Below are positions 27,166 through 42,100 of a stretch of 64,000 nt of DNA, one piece after another. The DNA is from Pecten maximus (Eukaryota), in NCBI RefSeq assembly GCF_902652985.1, contig NC_047029.1:3658001-3722000 (forward strand), given 5' to 3'. Position 1 is the stretch's first letter, and each line of letters opens with the position of its first letter. The notes beneath the pieces are model-generated. The model ran no database searches. It was not told where the DNA came from and saw nothing but the letters and a program-made list of their open reading frames with translations. Position numbers and translations under genes: made by a program.

Positions 27166-30100
27166 TCATGATTGGTCCTTTATAAGGTCTTGTCGTCCAA
27201 TTGCAGCCAAGGCCTCCTTCAATTGACTCACCATATTGTTTTTGGCCAGACTTATGAGCCATTGATTTAGTACAGCCATGAGTTGATCACCTTCCTCTAC
27301 CGTGCCGTCCAATGAGTTTTGTAATATCTTGACATCGATTCCAATCTGGACAGCCAATTGTCTAGTCTCCTCGGGCGAAAGATCGATATCAACCGCTTTC
27401 CTTAGTTCCTCCAATCTTGAAGGTTGTGATCGCATGGAACTCTCCAGGTCTGTAATATTATAGATATTGTTATGTAACTATTTGCATTCTGAGTTATAAA
27501 TCTTTCATCGTTTATGTAAAAATATGCTTCTCACTTAAGGCAAAAAAACAATATGACTAGTGGCTCGAACTCATGATCTACGGTACTTAATAGTGTATAT
27601 AATATATATCAGAGACAACATAAAAACACTTAACGATTGTGTATCAGAGACAACTATTGTTTGGATTCCCTGAATAATTAATGGATTTGCATTTGTACCC
27701 CGGATCAGTATATCTATGCCCATTATTGCATTCGGTCTGCTCTCGACTTCCACCTTCGTTTTTCATTTTCTAAAAAAAACATATTTAAGAAACACAAAAG
27801 TTACCTCGTTTAGTAAGTGTTGCTTTGAATGCTATTGTTCGCGGTGTCTGCTCGATTTTGTCTACATCCGGCTTTACACTCGTCTTTTTAGTACCTGAGT
27901 TGTAACAGCAACACTTAGCCTCGACCACCGGTACCTGGTCATGCGCTACTGGGTCACTGCTTCCCTCGTATATGTCTACAGTTCCAGATAAATCCAGAGG
28001 GTTTTCTGAAGTACTGACGATTTCTAGGGCTCTTGAGCTCACTTGACTGCCCTTGAATATTAGGTCGATGTTGTAATCATCGCTTTGTTCTTTAAAGTTG
28101 CCTTGAATTACAAACTGAAACAAACTGAATTTACTGATAATTTCGACATATCTAATTTGTGTAAATGGACAAAATAAAAAAAATAAGTGTCCTCGTGGAA
28201 GAAAATAAATTGAAACTAATCAAACCTGACGCAGACACAAATAAGCGCTTTCATGAAGAGCTCCAATAATGGAGCGAAAGCGCTACTTTGTGTCAGTTTT
28301 TACTATTTTAAATATATATATCTAGCTCGCTGCAAAATATGAAGTTATCCACATATATTTTAGTGGTCTGAACCTGAAACCAAGTCACTCGCTAAACTGA
28401 CACAACCTATCTCCCAAAACTAGAACTTGTCAGAAAAGTGTAAAGGTGTTATGATTTTACTCACCTTAAAGCGTTGCCCCTCTGGAACAAAAGGTAAATC
28501 TGGTCCGAGGCTGAAGCAGTGGTACGACTTGCTATACGTTTTCTTTTCTGACTTTATTGCATGTTTAGTTCCACATATAATGATCATATTTGTTTTCTTT
28601 TCGTCCAATTCCGGTATTTTTACTGCCACTACAATCTCCACTTTGCGCTTTTTGTCAGAGGCATCCCTGATCATATCCGTTGCGGCCTCAGGATTGGCTT
28701 CGTATAAGGGCCTGGAAATCCCTACAATGCTTAAGAATAAATTATTATTTATAATACAGATAGTTTTTAGATACTTTTATTTTTTCAATTACTGACCTAT
28801 CTATATATAGAAAGTCTTCATTTTCCGTTAAAGGATGTTATCGAACTGACGAAAAACTGAATCAGAAACTGTAACTCTTACTTCAGTCGATATGGAGACT
28901 TTCGGACTACAAGGTGACTACCCGGGTTTCTGGTAGCTTTTCATGCTTTAATGAACATACGTAACATGAACACGAAATCACGAGGCTTAATCAGGAGTAT
29001 CGAAAATGGCCGTGATAAAATGAAATGGGGTGTTTCCAAACTAAATGCGTACAAGGACTATTCATCTATATGATTTTGTTTTAATTACCTCGAAAAGTGC
29101 CTGATTTTAAACACAGCCTTTCCATCTGTATCAATGTGTGCTGGGATTTCCTCCCACTGCCACTTCAGGAGATTCGGATCAGGATTTGATGTCATTAAAA
29201 TAACGATGCCTTCTGATTTGGATTTTGCGGTGACCGGTATCTTCATTTCTACTTCTTTATTAGGCTGTTGTTGGTCACTTGTTGAAATGTCAAGGATGTT
29301 TGTCATCAAGACGGACTTATTATCACTGGGGTTTTCTTCATGATTTTCATCCTGTTCGTATTCTTTGATTATCTCCGCCGTGTCCACAAACTGAAACATA
29401 TTTTAACAATGTGCTATATCTATAACTAATCATGTATGCACTGTTTATTGGCAATGAAAGGACAATTCTGTGCTAGCCACATCAGAAAATATCAATCGGA
29501 AAGGGGGAACATAGGGGGTTCGGGATGTGATTAACACGATTTGTATACAATGTTTATTTTACCTTGACCAATAGCTGGCAAGATTTGAAAGTTCCAGCTG
29601 GGATGTCTATTTCCGCTTCCGGTTCGCTCTCCGGTTTCAACATGACTGCCTTATTGGAAATCTTGAAACCTTCTTTTTTCTGCCTGCTGGCCATGGAGAA
29701 GCATGTAATTCCAGACGTTTGGAGAGGAAGAATTAGTGTTACCTTGGTGTTCTATGAACGATCAGAAAATAAGAATATAATTTCATGTAGAGTTTATAGA
29801 AAATATGTGAGAATGGTAGTCAATAATAAAACGTTGGTTACATTGTCTTGATGTAGAGTATCGCTGGTTTGATGTAATTAAGAATGAATGAATCATTTCA
29901 ATGAGCAACAGCTTATATTGTGACTCCTTTGACGTCATTGAGTAATACGTCACCATAACCTAGAATTTAGCGGTAAAAAAATAAAGTTTGAGAGGGTTTA
30001 TATAAGACATGAAGGTACATTAATCTCAATAATTAGACAAATGAAATATGTTTAATGTAGGAGCTTGACAAAATGCAACAAATTGGAAATAAGATTACAT

Positions 30101-33100
30101 TTCTATGTACGGTTTAAACCATGGATCATCATTGGATTTTGATAAAGGCAACGTCTAATCAAGAGAATACTCGAGGAGAGATAAGAAGACGACTGCTTTA
30201 ACGACATATGGAGTTATACTAACGGAATAAATGTAATCGGATGAAATGGATTAAGGCTTTTATATAGAAACTTTCCACTTACCCCGGCACCTTCTACCTC
30301 ATTGACCTCGACGTCGACAACACTTCCACCTTTTGTCGCTGGTCGTAGGACAACCTCCTCATTTTTCCGGAGCGGCCTGTCTACGGTTACTGTTAGTGTG
30401 ATGGATTTGACCCGGGGGCCCCAGGTCTGACATTCCAGTAGGTGGCCAAACACCTCCTCCTCCGGGGAAAGTAGTGGCGGACTGCTGTATGCTTCCCATT
30501 TTTGACACAGATACAAATAGTAGCGTTGCTGACCTGTCGGCACAGTGACATCAACTTTCGTGTTTTCTAGATGTACTATTGCTCCGTTATCAGGTGTAAT
30601 TCTTTTTACGTCAAATATGATCCCCCTGGGAAATAAATTGAACGTTAGGAAATATCATGTTGGTCTTTTTCATGATAAAATTGTAAGATATCTGTAGCAC
30701 TGGTCAATATAGCGGGAATAACTGGAAGGTAGGAAAATAAAAGGCCGTGCAAGTTAAAATAACTTTTGTATGAAATAAGGCGATATGTTCCGAATGGCTG
30801 TAAAAAGACTCGAGGAACCATTGAGTGATCTTCAAGACGACCTAGCGTTATTTATACAGTTCTGTTTATTGTTATCAACGGGTTATCATCTAAAAGATTA
30901 CAATGATGCGAAATAATTAAATATTTCATTTTTCCATATTTGGGTCAGTGATGGCACAATTTTCTAGTTTATTTAGATCGCTTGATAATTTAGAATATAT
31001 AATATGTTTCCGGATATTGTATGATGACGTGTGTGTGCTAGGTAAGTAATACATTATAACACCCCCCCACACCCTTAATCCCACCCAAACCCCGCCCAAA
31101 CCCCGCCCCACCCCTTTCCCCATAGGAAAGCATTACAGACGTTTAGGAAAGTTTCCTGACGAAGATTTTTGTACTTCATTCCAATAATGTTTGCCTATGC
31201 CAATTATTAAGTTAAAAGATTTCATTTAGTTATGGAACTTGGATGAGGGGATTGGTTTTATACTATAGTCCCCTGCTTTTAACTAAGCTATCACGTCCTC
31301 GTTCGTGTATGAATTAGCTTTATCTATATGCATCACTAATAAAACAAACTGTATAAGAGGTGGTTCTGTCGTGTGGCAATATTTTTTCTTACTTTTGTTT
31401 ATAGCCAGGGAATAGTCTTATCTGTTTTCTTACTATCTTCGCCATTTTATCTTCGTCCTTTTTCTTCTTTGTCCCAGGCTTACACCAGGACTATGATAAC
31501 AATAAGTCATTATTATGATTTGATACATTTGTATTAAGTAATACATTAATAAATATTCAGAATGTTTAATAATTCGCCAGCGTATTTAATCGTCAACTCG
31601 GTTCAGGTAACATTCAGATTTGGTTTTGTTGAATATTGATTTACGGTCAGTCAAAAAGTTGAAGTCATCAAGGGAAAACAAAACACTTGAAATGGATATA
31701 CACCAAGTTTCACTGGATTATTTAAAAGGTCAACAATTCTGAAAAGTATCGAAAGTATTCCTTTCAAGCAAGTCGATTGTAAAATAGCATATTTTTTATT
31801 CATTTATATAATATTTATCTTGTAACCTTATAAACAAACATAAACAATATTACAAATCGGTGATGAGATTTTTCTACTGCGCCATACTCATAGTGATTCT
31901 CACAAACAAATATATCAATACTTACACACAAACGTCCTCACACACAAAATTGTATACTCATTGAAGTCAATGTTGGATGAATTATTTGATTTACACCAAT
32001 ACACTTGTGCGCATAATAATGAGGGAATAAGTTTTGACTATCAAATATCAAGTTGAATAATACTTCTCCCTTTTGCTCCAGGTATTAGTGATTCTATTTT
32101 TGAAACAATCGTTTTGGCAATTTTGAGATACAAAAACGATTGTATATTTTTGTATGATGTTATATTCTTTTATGTTGTTGGTCAATGCCTATGCCAATAA
32201 ATTGTATAAGATATGTTGTACTTCTTGGTATTCCCTCATTAAATGAATCATTGCTTCTCTTTCAGAGTTGAAGAAAATGACCACAAAAGTAACTGCTATA
32301 CCGTAGTTATACAAATAAGAGGTGTGAGTGTAATGATACCTTTCCGACTAGTAACTGTTACAATTCGAACTTTAAACAACACAAGCTACGTATTCGAATG
32401 ATCCGACTTATAGTTAGGCCATACACTGATTTTTCAAAGGTCATAGGTCACAGTTATATAATGTCTTGTGTTACATAGTTTTAACAACATGTGAGCATAT
32501 TGAAAAAAGTATGCCTCGGACATTTCAGTATCACAAACGTCAAGTCTGCATCTTGGTAGGTAGGTATGGTTATGGGGAGTAACTTTTATAAAGCAACGTA
32601 CCACAGACATGACGGGATCATTCAATAAAGGGAAACAACTCTACATGGAATATGATTATCTTCCTGACATACTCTACATTTGAATGTTATACAATTTTCA
32701 TTGACAATATCTGAAAGGTGACCGCTCTATTTCTGTCTTAGTTTTCTTTTTAACTGAAAGGCGTATGTATTACCATAAACTTATCAGTTACAAGCGTAGG
32801 CGAGAGTACTTTTGTCCTCTTTAAGATATAGACGGTAGTTTGATCATCATTTCAAATTACAGTATAACGCTTTATCATGTAAGATAACAAACTCATAAAC
32901 TTATCATATATAAGACTGGTGATTCTCGATTGGTATCCATATATGGACAAAAACGAATGACGACATAATAATGAAACCATAATTCAAACTCAAAAACGAT
33001 TAAAAGAGGCAAAATATACCAAAAAAATACAGCTTCGAATAGACTCTCATGGAAGGGAACAAGGGGGATAAGATCAGGCAGTCTGGAAGAGGAAACGTCT

Positions 33101-36100
33101 TCTGCGCTATCAGCGAAACGCATAGATCTAGGTCAAATTCGAGTTAAGGCACAATTTTAAATGGGAGTTTGGGTGGTGACAGCTGAACCACTGGGACTAT
33201 CAACAAGAACCACAAATGTCTGACTTCATATCGCGTAAGAAAATAGATAATTTCCAAATGATACCATAATGTCGACTGCCAATCTTCCCTGTGGTCTTTA
33301 CAACCAGCATCTTTCTTTTTTTATTTCGTTAGTAGTCAACATCGTTCACGGAAATCGTGATAATTGAAACGAAACCTAGAGTATCCAACATCTGGGACGT
33401 GCAAACACCGTAGGTAAGGGATGCATGGATGTTGCTATACAGAAAGGGAAAATTAACACTTGGGAAATTCAGGTCATCAGTTGTAACCTGATCCTGTTGG
33501 TTACGTAGTAACGACGGTCAAGGTAAGCGGCTGATGTTGAAGATTTTGTGTTGATTTCAAAAACAAGCCAACAAACAAAGGAGTAGAGTTTGTTCTCTTG
33601 ATAAATCATGTGACATCTGACAACAGCGGCCGACAGTACAATACTATCGTAGAGGAAAATTAGTATACCAATAATAAAAATGTGTGTGTATATGATACAT
33701 ATGTGATTGGTTTAACTCACCCAGTCAACAAGTACCGGTGGTGTGCCAAACTGATACAACAGATCCACTACGGCCACGTGCTTATTCTTGACGGCATACT
33801 CCATAGCAAGATAGCCTTTCTGTAATGATCAAGTTAAATGAGATGTAATAATGTTACAAAATGTAAATACATATTTCAAAACCATGAATATTACTCACCT
33901 GGATCATATGCACCACAGCAGAAGCAGATGGCATCATGTCTACATGAGTGTTAGGTTGTTTTCATGGTAGATTAACGTACCCATTTTCTTTCTAGTATAT
34001 TACTTGGTTTGGTTTGGTTAATTTTTTAGCGTCCTATTAACAGCTAAGGTCATTTAGGGATGGCCTCCCGTGCATGCGACATGCATGCGTGTGGTGAGTG
34101 CGTATGTGTGTTTTGGGAGGCTGCGGTATGTTCGTGTTAAGTCTCCTTGTGATAGGCCTGAACTTTAGCCGATTTATAATAGTAATACCTCACTGAAGCA
34201 TACTGCCGAAGACACCCAGCCGGTCATATTATATTCACAACGGGCGAACCAGTCGTGCCACTCCTAATATGCTGAGCGCTAAGCAGGAATAGAAACTACC
34301 ATTTTTAAAGACTCTGGTATATCTCGGCCAGGGGATAGAACCCAAAGCCTTCCTTACAGGGGCGAACGCTCAACTAAAGGCCAAAAGTGAGGCATTGTCA
34401 AGGAAAACAATAGGAAGAAGAAAGTTTTTAAGAAAGAAGAGAAAAGATAAGATCACAAATTTAGTCGCCTCTTACGATCATGCAATGGGGGCAGCAGGTA
34501 CAATTCTTACGCCCTACTTGCAGGGCAGCTAGTATATTACACACAGAACGAACGGAAAATAAAGACGAAACGGAATATTGTTAAATTGTGTTAAATGATA
34601 AGATATCTTTTGTGAAATAATTTAGTATCCATTTACACAAAAATGCAAATTTCGCATCGATGAAGACCAGATAACGTGCTGTATCAATATATAAGGAAAC
34701 GTTACATTTCATTCGGAGGAAATCTTAGCCGGTAGAAGAAAATAATTGGACATAATGCGAAGTCACAACTTTACCTGATCGAGCGTATATACAACTGCAC
34801 CGCAAGCCACCAACGTCACTATGGATCGTGCATGGCCGCGCATAGCAGCCTTATGGAGGGCCGTCCGTCCATTCTACAGCATTGAAAAAACATGATGTAT
34901 TCTACTATCAGACACACAACATAGACAGAGCCCGTGTTTACATGTAGATAGGACCGTTTTGTGTTTAATATAGCATATAGATACACACAGTAATAATTTA
35001 AGCTTTACAACAACAACAACAACAACAACAACACAACAACATCAACAACAGCAACGGTTATTATCAAGCCTGCTATGTCTAGTTATGATAGAGCTCAATC
35101 ATTTCAGTAAAGTGTTTTAAATAGACATGTAGATCCATAGTTTAAACAACAAATTGAAAAAAAAATCAATAATTAATCTGAGAAAATAGTTTAATACTAG
35201 TTTGATTAATTCATTCGTTTTATAGGACTTAGTGTAGCCGACGTGATGACAATCAATTAAATGTGGAGTAACCTTATATATAGAATGACGGCATATAAAT
35301 ATTATAAATGAATTTAAAAAATATTCAAATACATGAAGCCTGTAAACTTACATATCTAATTATTTCATTTGGACATTACAGAAATAGTCCGAGTTTTAAA
35401 TACGATTAAGTATCCTAATCTGCCCCAGCATCAAATATGTTCCATCTTTAACGTACTATACAAGTCGATCTTATCGTTTTTGCTGTTGAATTATTGTTGT
35501 AACGCAAGACTGATATGAATTATGTTCATAGAATATAAACCATAACCATTGTCTGTGTAGAATATGTGATTCAAAGATAATGATGTTTTGTGTCAAGGGA
35601 AGGACAGGACAATGCAGCTACCTTCATGTATATTGAAGTATCGTGTATTTTGGACACAATTTCAAAACATTCCTATATTCTAATAGCCTTTGTCTATTAG
35701 TTTGCTAAAAAATAGTCTGTGTATGTCATTGGAATAGAAACAAACAGTAATGAATTCAACTGACACGCCACTTACATTGTCCCAGGCCATAATCTTTGCG
35801 CCTTTCTCCAGTAGCTCTTCGATGACGTCATCATACCCCTCGTTGGCCGCATAATGTAAAGGGTAGGATCCAGTCTATTGAATATATATATATACATTTT
35901 GTATATATATACCGTAATATTTTTTTATCATATGCAACTGCCCAATCACCGTATTGTCAGAGTGATAAGATGGTATTCTGATTCAAAGGATTTCTCCATA
36001 GAATGCTTAAACATACATGATATCTCTATTTATATACGATACATCAATATTTCTGTAGGATTTACATGTACATTTCTATTTATATACCATGCATCAATAT

Positions 36101-39100
36101 TTCTGTAGGATTTACATTACTCTTTATATACCATACATCAATATTTCTGTAGGATTTACATTACTATTTATATACCATACATCAATATTTCTGTAGGATT
36201 CACATTACTATTTATACACCATACATTAATATTTCTGTAGGATTTACATTACTATTTATATACCATACATCAATATTTCTGTAGGATTCACAATACTCTT
36301 TATATACGATACATCAATATTTCTGTAGGATTTACATTACTCTTTATATACGATACATCAATATTTCTGTAGGATTCACAATACTCTTTATATACGATAC
36401 ATCAATATTTCTGTAGGATTTACATTACTATTTACATACGATACATCAATATGTCTGTACGATTTACATTACACTTTATATACGATACATCAATATTTCT
36501 GTAGGATTCACATTACTCTTTATATACGACACATTAATTTTCCTATAGGATTTACATTACTATTTATATACTATACATCAATATTTCTGTAGGATTCACA
36601 TAACTCTTTATATACGATACATTAATTTTTCTATAGGATTTTCATTTCTATTTATATACCATACATCAATATGTCTGTACGATTTACATTACACTTTATA
36701 TACGATACATCAATATTTCTGTAGGATTCACATTACTCTTTATATACGACACATTAATTTTCCTATAGGATTTACATTACTATTTACATACGATACATCA
36801 ATATTTCTGTAGGATTCACATAACTCTTTATATACGATACATTAATTTTTCTATAGGATTTTCATTTCTATTTATATACCATACATCAATATTTCGGTAG
36901 GATTTACATTACTATTTACATACGATACATCAATATTTCTATAGGATTTACATTACTATTTATATACTATACATCAATATTTCTGTATGATTTACATTAC
37001 TATTTATATACTATACATCAATATTTCTGTAGGATTTACATTACTATTTACATACGATACATCAATATGTCTGTACGATTTACATTACTATTTATATACG
37101 ATACATCAATATTTCTGTAGGATTTACATTACTATTTACATACGATACATCAATATTTCTATAGGATTTACATTATTATTTATATACGATACATCAATAT
37201 TTCTGTAGGATTTACATTACCCTTTCTATACGATACATCAATATTTTTGTAGGATTTACATTACTATTTACATATGATACATCAATATTTCTATAGGATT
37301 TACATTATTATTTATATACTATCCATCAATATTTCTGTATGATTTACATTACTAATTATATACTATACATCAATATTTCTGTAGGATTTACATTACTATT
37401 ATATACGATACATCAATATTTCTGTAGGATTTACATTACTATTTACATACGATATATCAATATTTCTATAGGATTTACATTACTATTTATATACCATACA
37501 TCAATATCTCTGGGATTTTAGTTAATAAATATACAATAATCAATATCTATGTAGGATTTTCATTTCTATTTATATACTATACATCAATATTTCTGTAGGA
37601 TTTACATTACTATTTATATACCATACATCAATATTTCTGTACGATTTACATTACTATTTATATACCATACATCGATATCTATGTAGGATTTACATGTACA
37701 TTTCTATTTATATACCATACATCAATATTTCTGTAGTATTTACAATACTCTTTATATACGATACATCAATATTTCTGTAGGATTTACATTACTATTTATA
37801 TACCATACATCAATATTTCTGTACGATTTACATTACTCTTTATATACCATACATCGATATCTATGTAGGATTTACATGTACATTTCTATTTATATACCAT
37901 ACATCAATATTTCTGTAGTATTTACAATACTCTTTATATACGATACATCAATATTTCTGTAGGATTTACATTACTATTTATATACCATACATCAATTTTT
38001 CTGTAGGATTTACATGTACATTTCTATTTATATACCATACATCAATATTTCTGTAGTATTTACAATACTCTTTATATACGATACATCAATATTTCTGTAG
38101 GATTTACATTACTCTTAATATACGATACATCAATTTTTCTGTAGGATTTACATTACTATTTACATACGATACATCAATATTTCTGTAGGATTTACATTAC
38201 TCTTTATATACGATACATCAATATTTCTATAGGATTAATATTACTCTTTATATACTTTACATCAATATCTCTATAGGATTTACATTACTCTTTATATACT
38301 ATACATTAATATCTCTGGGATTTAAGTTACTATAAATATACAATAATCAATATCTATGTAGGATTTTCATTTCTATTTATATACGATACATCAATTTTTC
38401 TATAGGATTTACATTACTCTTTATATACGATACATCAATATTTCTGTACGATTTACATTACTATTTATATACCGTACATCAATATTTCTGTAGGATTTAC
38501 ATTACTATTTATATACGATACATCAATATTTCTGTAGGATTTACATTACTATTTACATACGATACATCAACATTTCTTTAGGATTTACATTGCACTTTAT
38601 ATACGATACATCAATATTTCTGTAGGATTCACATTGTCACGTCGTATGTATATAATTGTTATTTGTTTTCGTGCGGTGTTTGTAATTATATGTTCCTAAT
38701 TGGCTACCGTACGGGAGTGTGTGACCAGGTAGGTGCGAGGTCATAATGAGTTAAAGTCTCGGACCGCGATTTACGGGTGTTTTACCCTATTTATACTGCG
38801 TTAGCAGTGGAATTTATATCAGGCACAGATGTCAGACTGTGGTAAGTCTATCTTTATATTTCTGTACCTATTTTACTGTTTTCATAGCCCTATTTTTGAT
38901 AAATATCTTTGGTAAACACTCTTTAGAGAGCGTGCGGCTCAGTGATGCGTAACATTGTTGTTATTGTTTGTTGTGCTTATTTAAGGTATATATTTACGAA
39001 TATTACTGTAATTTGCCATAAATATTATTATTTAAGCTATGTGTATATATATTTGTAATTATTATAACTTAAACTAATGTTATAAATTTGAAGTGTACTC

Positions 39101-42100
39101 AGGTGAGAACGTATGCATGTTTTGAAAAGTATGGAAGCCTTGAGTGGCCGTATGATGTGTGCATTGTTTTCAACATAGTTCTTAGGATATTCTGAGCCCG
39201 CACATAGTCGTTTGTGAAATCATTATCTATTACATTGTAGTATATTGTGAGTAATATATAACGGTAATTTAGCCTTTTTCCTATTAATAATTAATATTGA
39301 TATTAATTATTTGATTAAGATTGTTGTGTAATAACTTCGGTATAAGTGAGGTTTGTGTGCAAGTATTAGACAACTTGTATTATTATTCTTTAAGCTCCAT
39401 GTGAGGGTCACACCAGCATATGAACCCCTACCAGGGCCTATACCATCGCCAGGGAATGCCGGCGCCAGGACCATCAGACAGGATGGTCAGCCATCATTAC
39501 ATCCCGAGCGCCAGGACAGGTCAGGAGGTACAGGAGTGATTTAAACACTGACAAGCTTGAGGAGGTTTGTGCTCCAGCAGTGCTACAGTGTCAGTGTTTG
39601 GATGTGTCACATAAGGTGTTTGTGTAACCAACGTGCTTAGTGTTGTTGGTTGTTGGTATCCTGTGTGGAAACCTTAACTTGTATTCTGACTGCGGTTGGA
39701 AATACGTCATGTGTAATGGACTGGCACAGTTATAGCTACAGCTACAGATATACCGCACATGTTTGATGCGCGTTTGTGGATGTGATTGACCATTGTTTTG
39801 GAGCAGAGACTTTAGTGAATCTAAATTTGTGTGGAAATGGCTGAGAGTGAGTGCGTTTTGTTGTTTTGTTGTAAATAAATTGCTAATTTTCATATCCAAT
39901 GTTGTTTTCATTTCTCATCTAACTACTCGACGCTCGTCCTACGTAACAAATTGGTGGCAGCGGTGGGATGACTGACGTGTTGTTATTTGGGATTTGAATT
40001 CATGTTTGATCGTGTATATAGGTTAGGTTAGGTTAGGTAGCTTACCAGATATTTATTCTAATCGTGGGCATTTCTGTTTACTACTGTACTATCATTTCCT
40101 TTCCAAATGTTTCCCGTTGTCTTTATGATGAGAACATTTCAGATGGAACACATGGGTAAGTAACAGGGAGCGACCAGATTAATAGAATCACGTGGATTGC
40201 TTAAGTCTTCGAGGTTGGTGAGTATATATCCATGTTGTTTTCCTGTTGTGTTTCTTGTATTGTCTTTTGGGGTGTTTTGTTAAGTGGACCTTGTTTTCTA
40301 GGTACTTCTGGTGTACTTTTATATACCAATATGTCTACGACACAGGAACTGATTGCTATTGGTAAGGAGATGAAGTATGAAGGGACAGCACTGCAGGACT
40401 TTGTGACCGAACAGCAGGCATTGGCTAGAGATGAGCGTGAGAAGGAACGTTCTTTCCGGCTTGAGATGGAAAAGAAGAACCTTGTTCTGGAACAGGCAAA
40501 GATTGAGGCTGAACGGGAGGCAAGATCACATGCACGGTTGGAACAGGAGCACAAGTGGAAATTGGAGCTTCTACAAGCTGGAGGAGGTGAGCAGAGGGCT
40601 GATGTCCAAATACCGAGAGAAGCCATGATTCAGCGTGGACCTAAGCTGCCAGCGTTCGACGAGTCTCACGATAATATGGATGCCTATCTCCAGAGGTTTG
40701 AACGCTATGCTGAGGCACAGAAGTGGGAACATAGTCATTGGGGAGCAAATCTCAGTGCATTGTTAAAGGGTAAAGCCTTAGAAGTGTTTTCTCGTCTGCC
40801 TGTTGACAAAGCCTTGGATTTTGAAGAACTAAGGAAAGCGCTTTTGCTCAGATTTGAGATGACCGAAGAAGGTTTCAGAAAATCATTTCGAACAGCTAGA
40901 CCGGAAGGAGGAGAGACGTTTTCGCAGTTCGCTACACGATTGGAGAATTATATGGAGAGATGGGTTGAGCTGAGTAAGACAGAGAAGACATACAAGAAGT
41001 TGAAAGATCTCATGCTGAGGGACCAGTTCATCCACTGTTGCGGGCAGGAACTACCCCTTTTTCTGAAGGAACGGTCTCCGACTTCGTTTGTAGAGATGGC
41101 CAGACTTGCAGACCAATATGTGGAAGCAAGGGGTACGAAGGCGAGCCAGGTAACCGGAAGAGGTCAGAAGTCAGGTTACAGTAAACCACACGAACGTGGA
41201 AATCAGGATGCGCATGCGTCTAAGTCATCAGCAAAGGACAAGAAATGTTACAACTGTGGTAAACTGGGTCATATCTCTTACGACTGTCGATTAAAGAAGA
41301 ACGTATCTGGTAACAAGGTAGCCAGCGTGGTTGAGGAAGAAAATCGTAAGAAGCAGGCGAGCGACGCCAAGAGGGTAACTAGGAAGGATAGGACCTCAGC
41401 GATTGACAAGTCTCACGTAAAGGACTCGACAACTCTGAGTGTATCCTGTGATCTTAGGAGTTCGCAGTCTGCAGGTATGCCAGTGATGAGGGGTTGTGTA
41501 GGAAGCCATTGTGTTTCAGTGCTTCGAGATACCGGATGCAGTGGAGTTGTGGTGAGAAGATGTCTTGTTGACAAGGATAGTTTCACTGACAGAGTTCAGT
41601 TGTGTACATTCGCCGATGGATCAAAGCTAGAGGCACCTATTGTTGTTGTGGAGGTTGATTCACCTTATTTCATCGGAACTACTGAGGCTTGGGCTCTTGA
41701 GACTCCGTTATATGATCTGATCATAGGCAACATTCCTGGAGCATTTCCCCCTGATAAACCTGATAAGGAGTGGAAGATGAAGGAACATGATGTACAAGCG
41801 GTAGAGACGCGCGCACATGTCAAAAAGAAAGGAAGTGCGTACAAGTCGCTGAAGGTACCGGATTTGATGACGGATATGTGCAGTGTGGAAGATCTGAAGG
41901 ACGAACAGCAGAGAGATCCAACATTAGTGAAGTTTAGGAAGTTGGCTTCTGAAGAGCAGACATATGAACGGGATGATGGTGGTTCCTCTACTATCTTTTA
42001 TCAGAAGGGTGTGATGTACCGGAAGTTTCAAAGTCCGAAAGTGAGGAATGGTATGACCTTTCGACAGTTGATTGTCCCTGAGAGATATCGTGATATGGTG

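Noticed and set aside
40021-40037. (GGTTA)n telomere-like motif in the retrotransposon leader
   Set aside because: Only about 3 units; consistent with a chance microsatellite.
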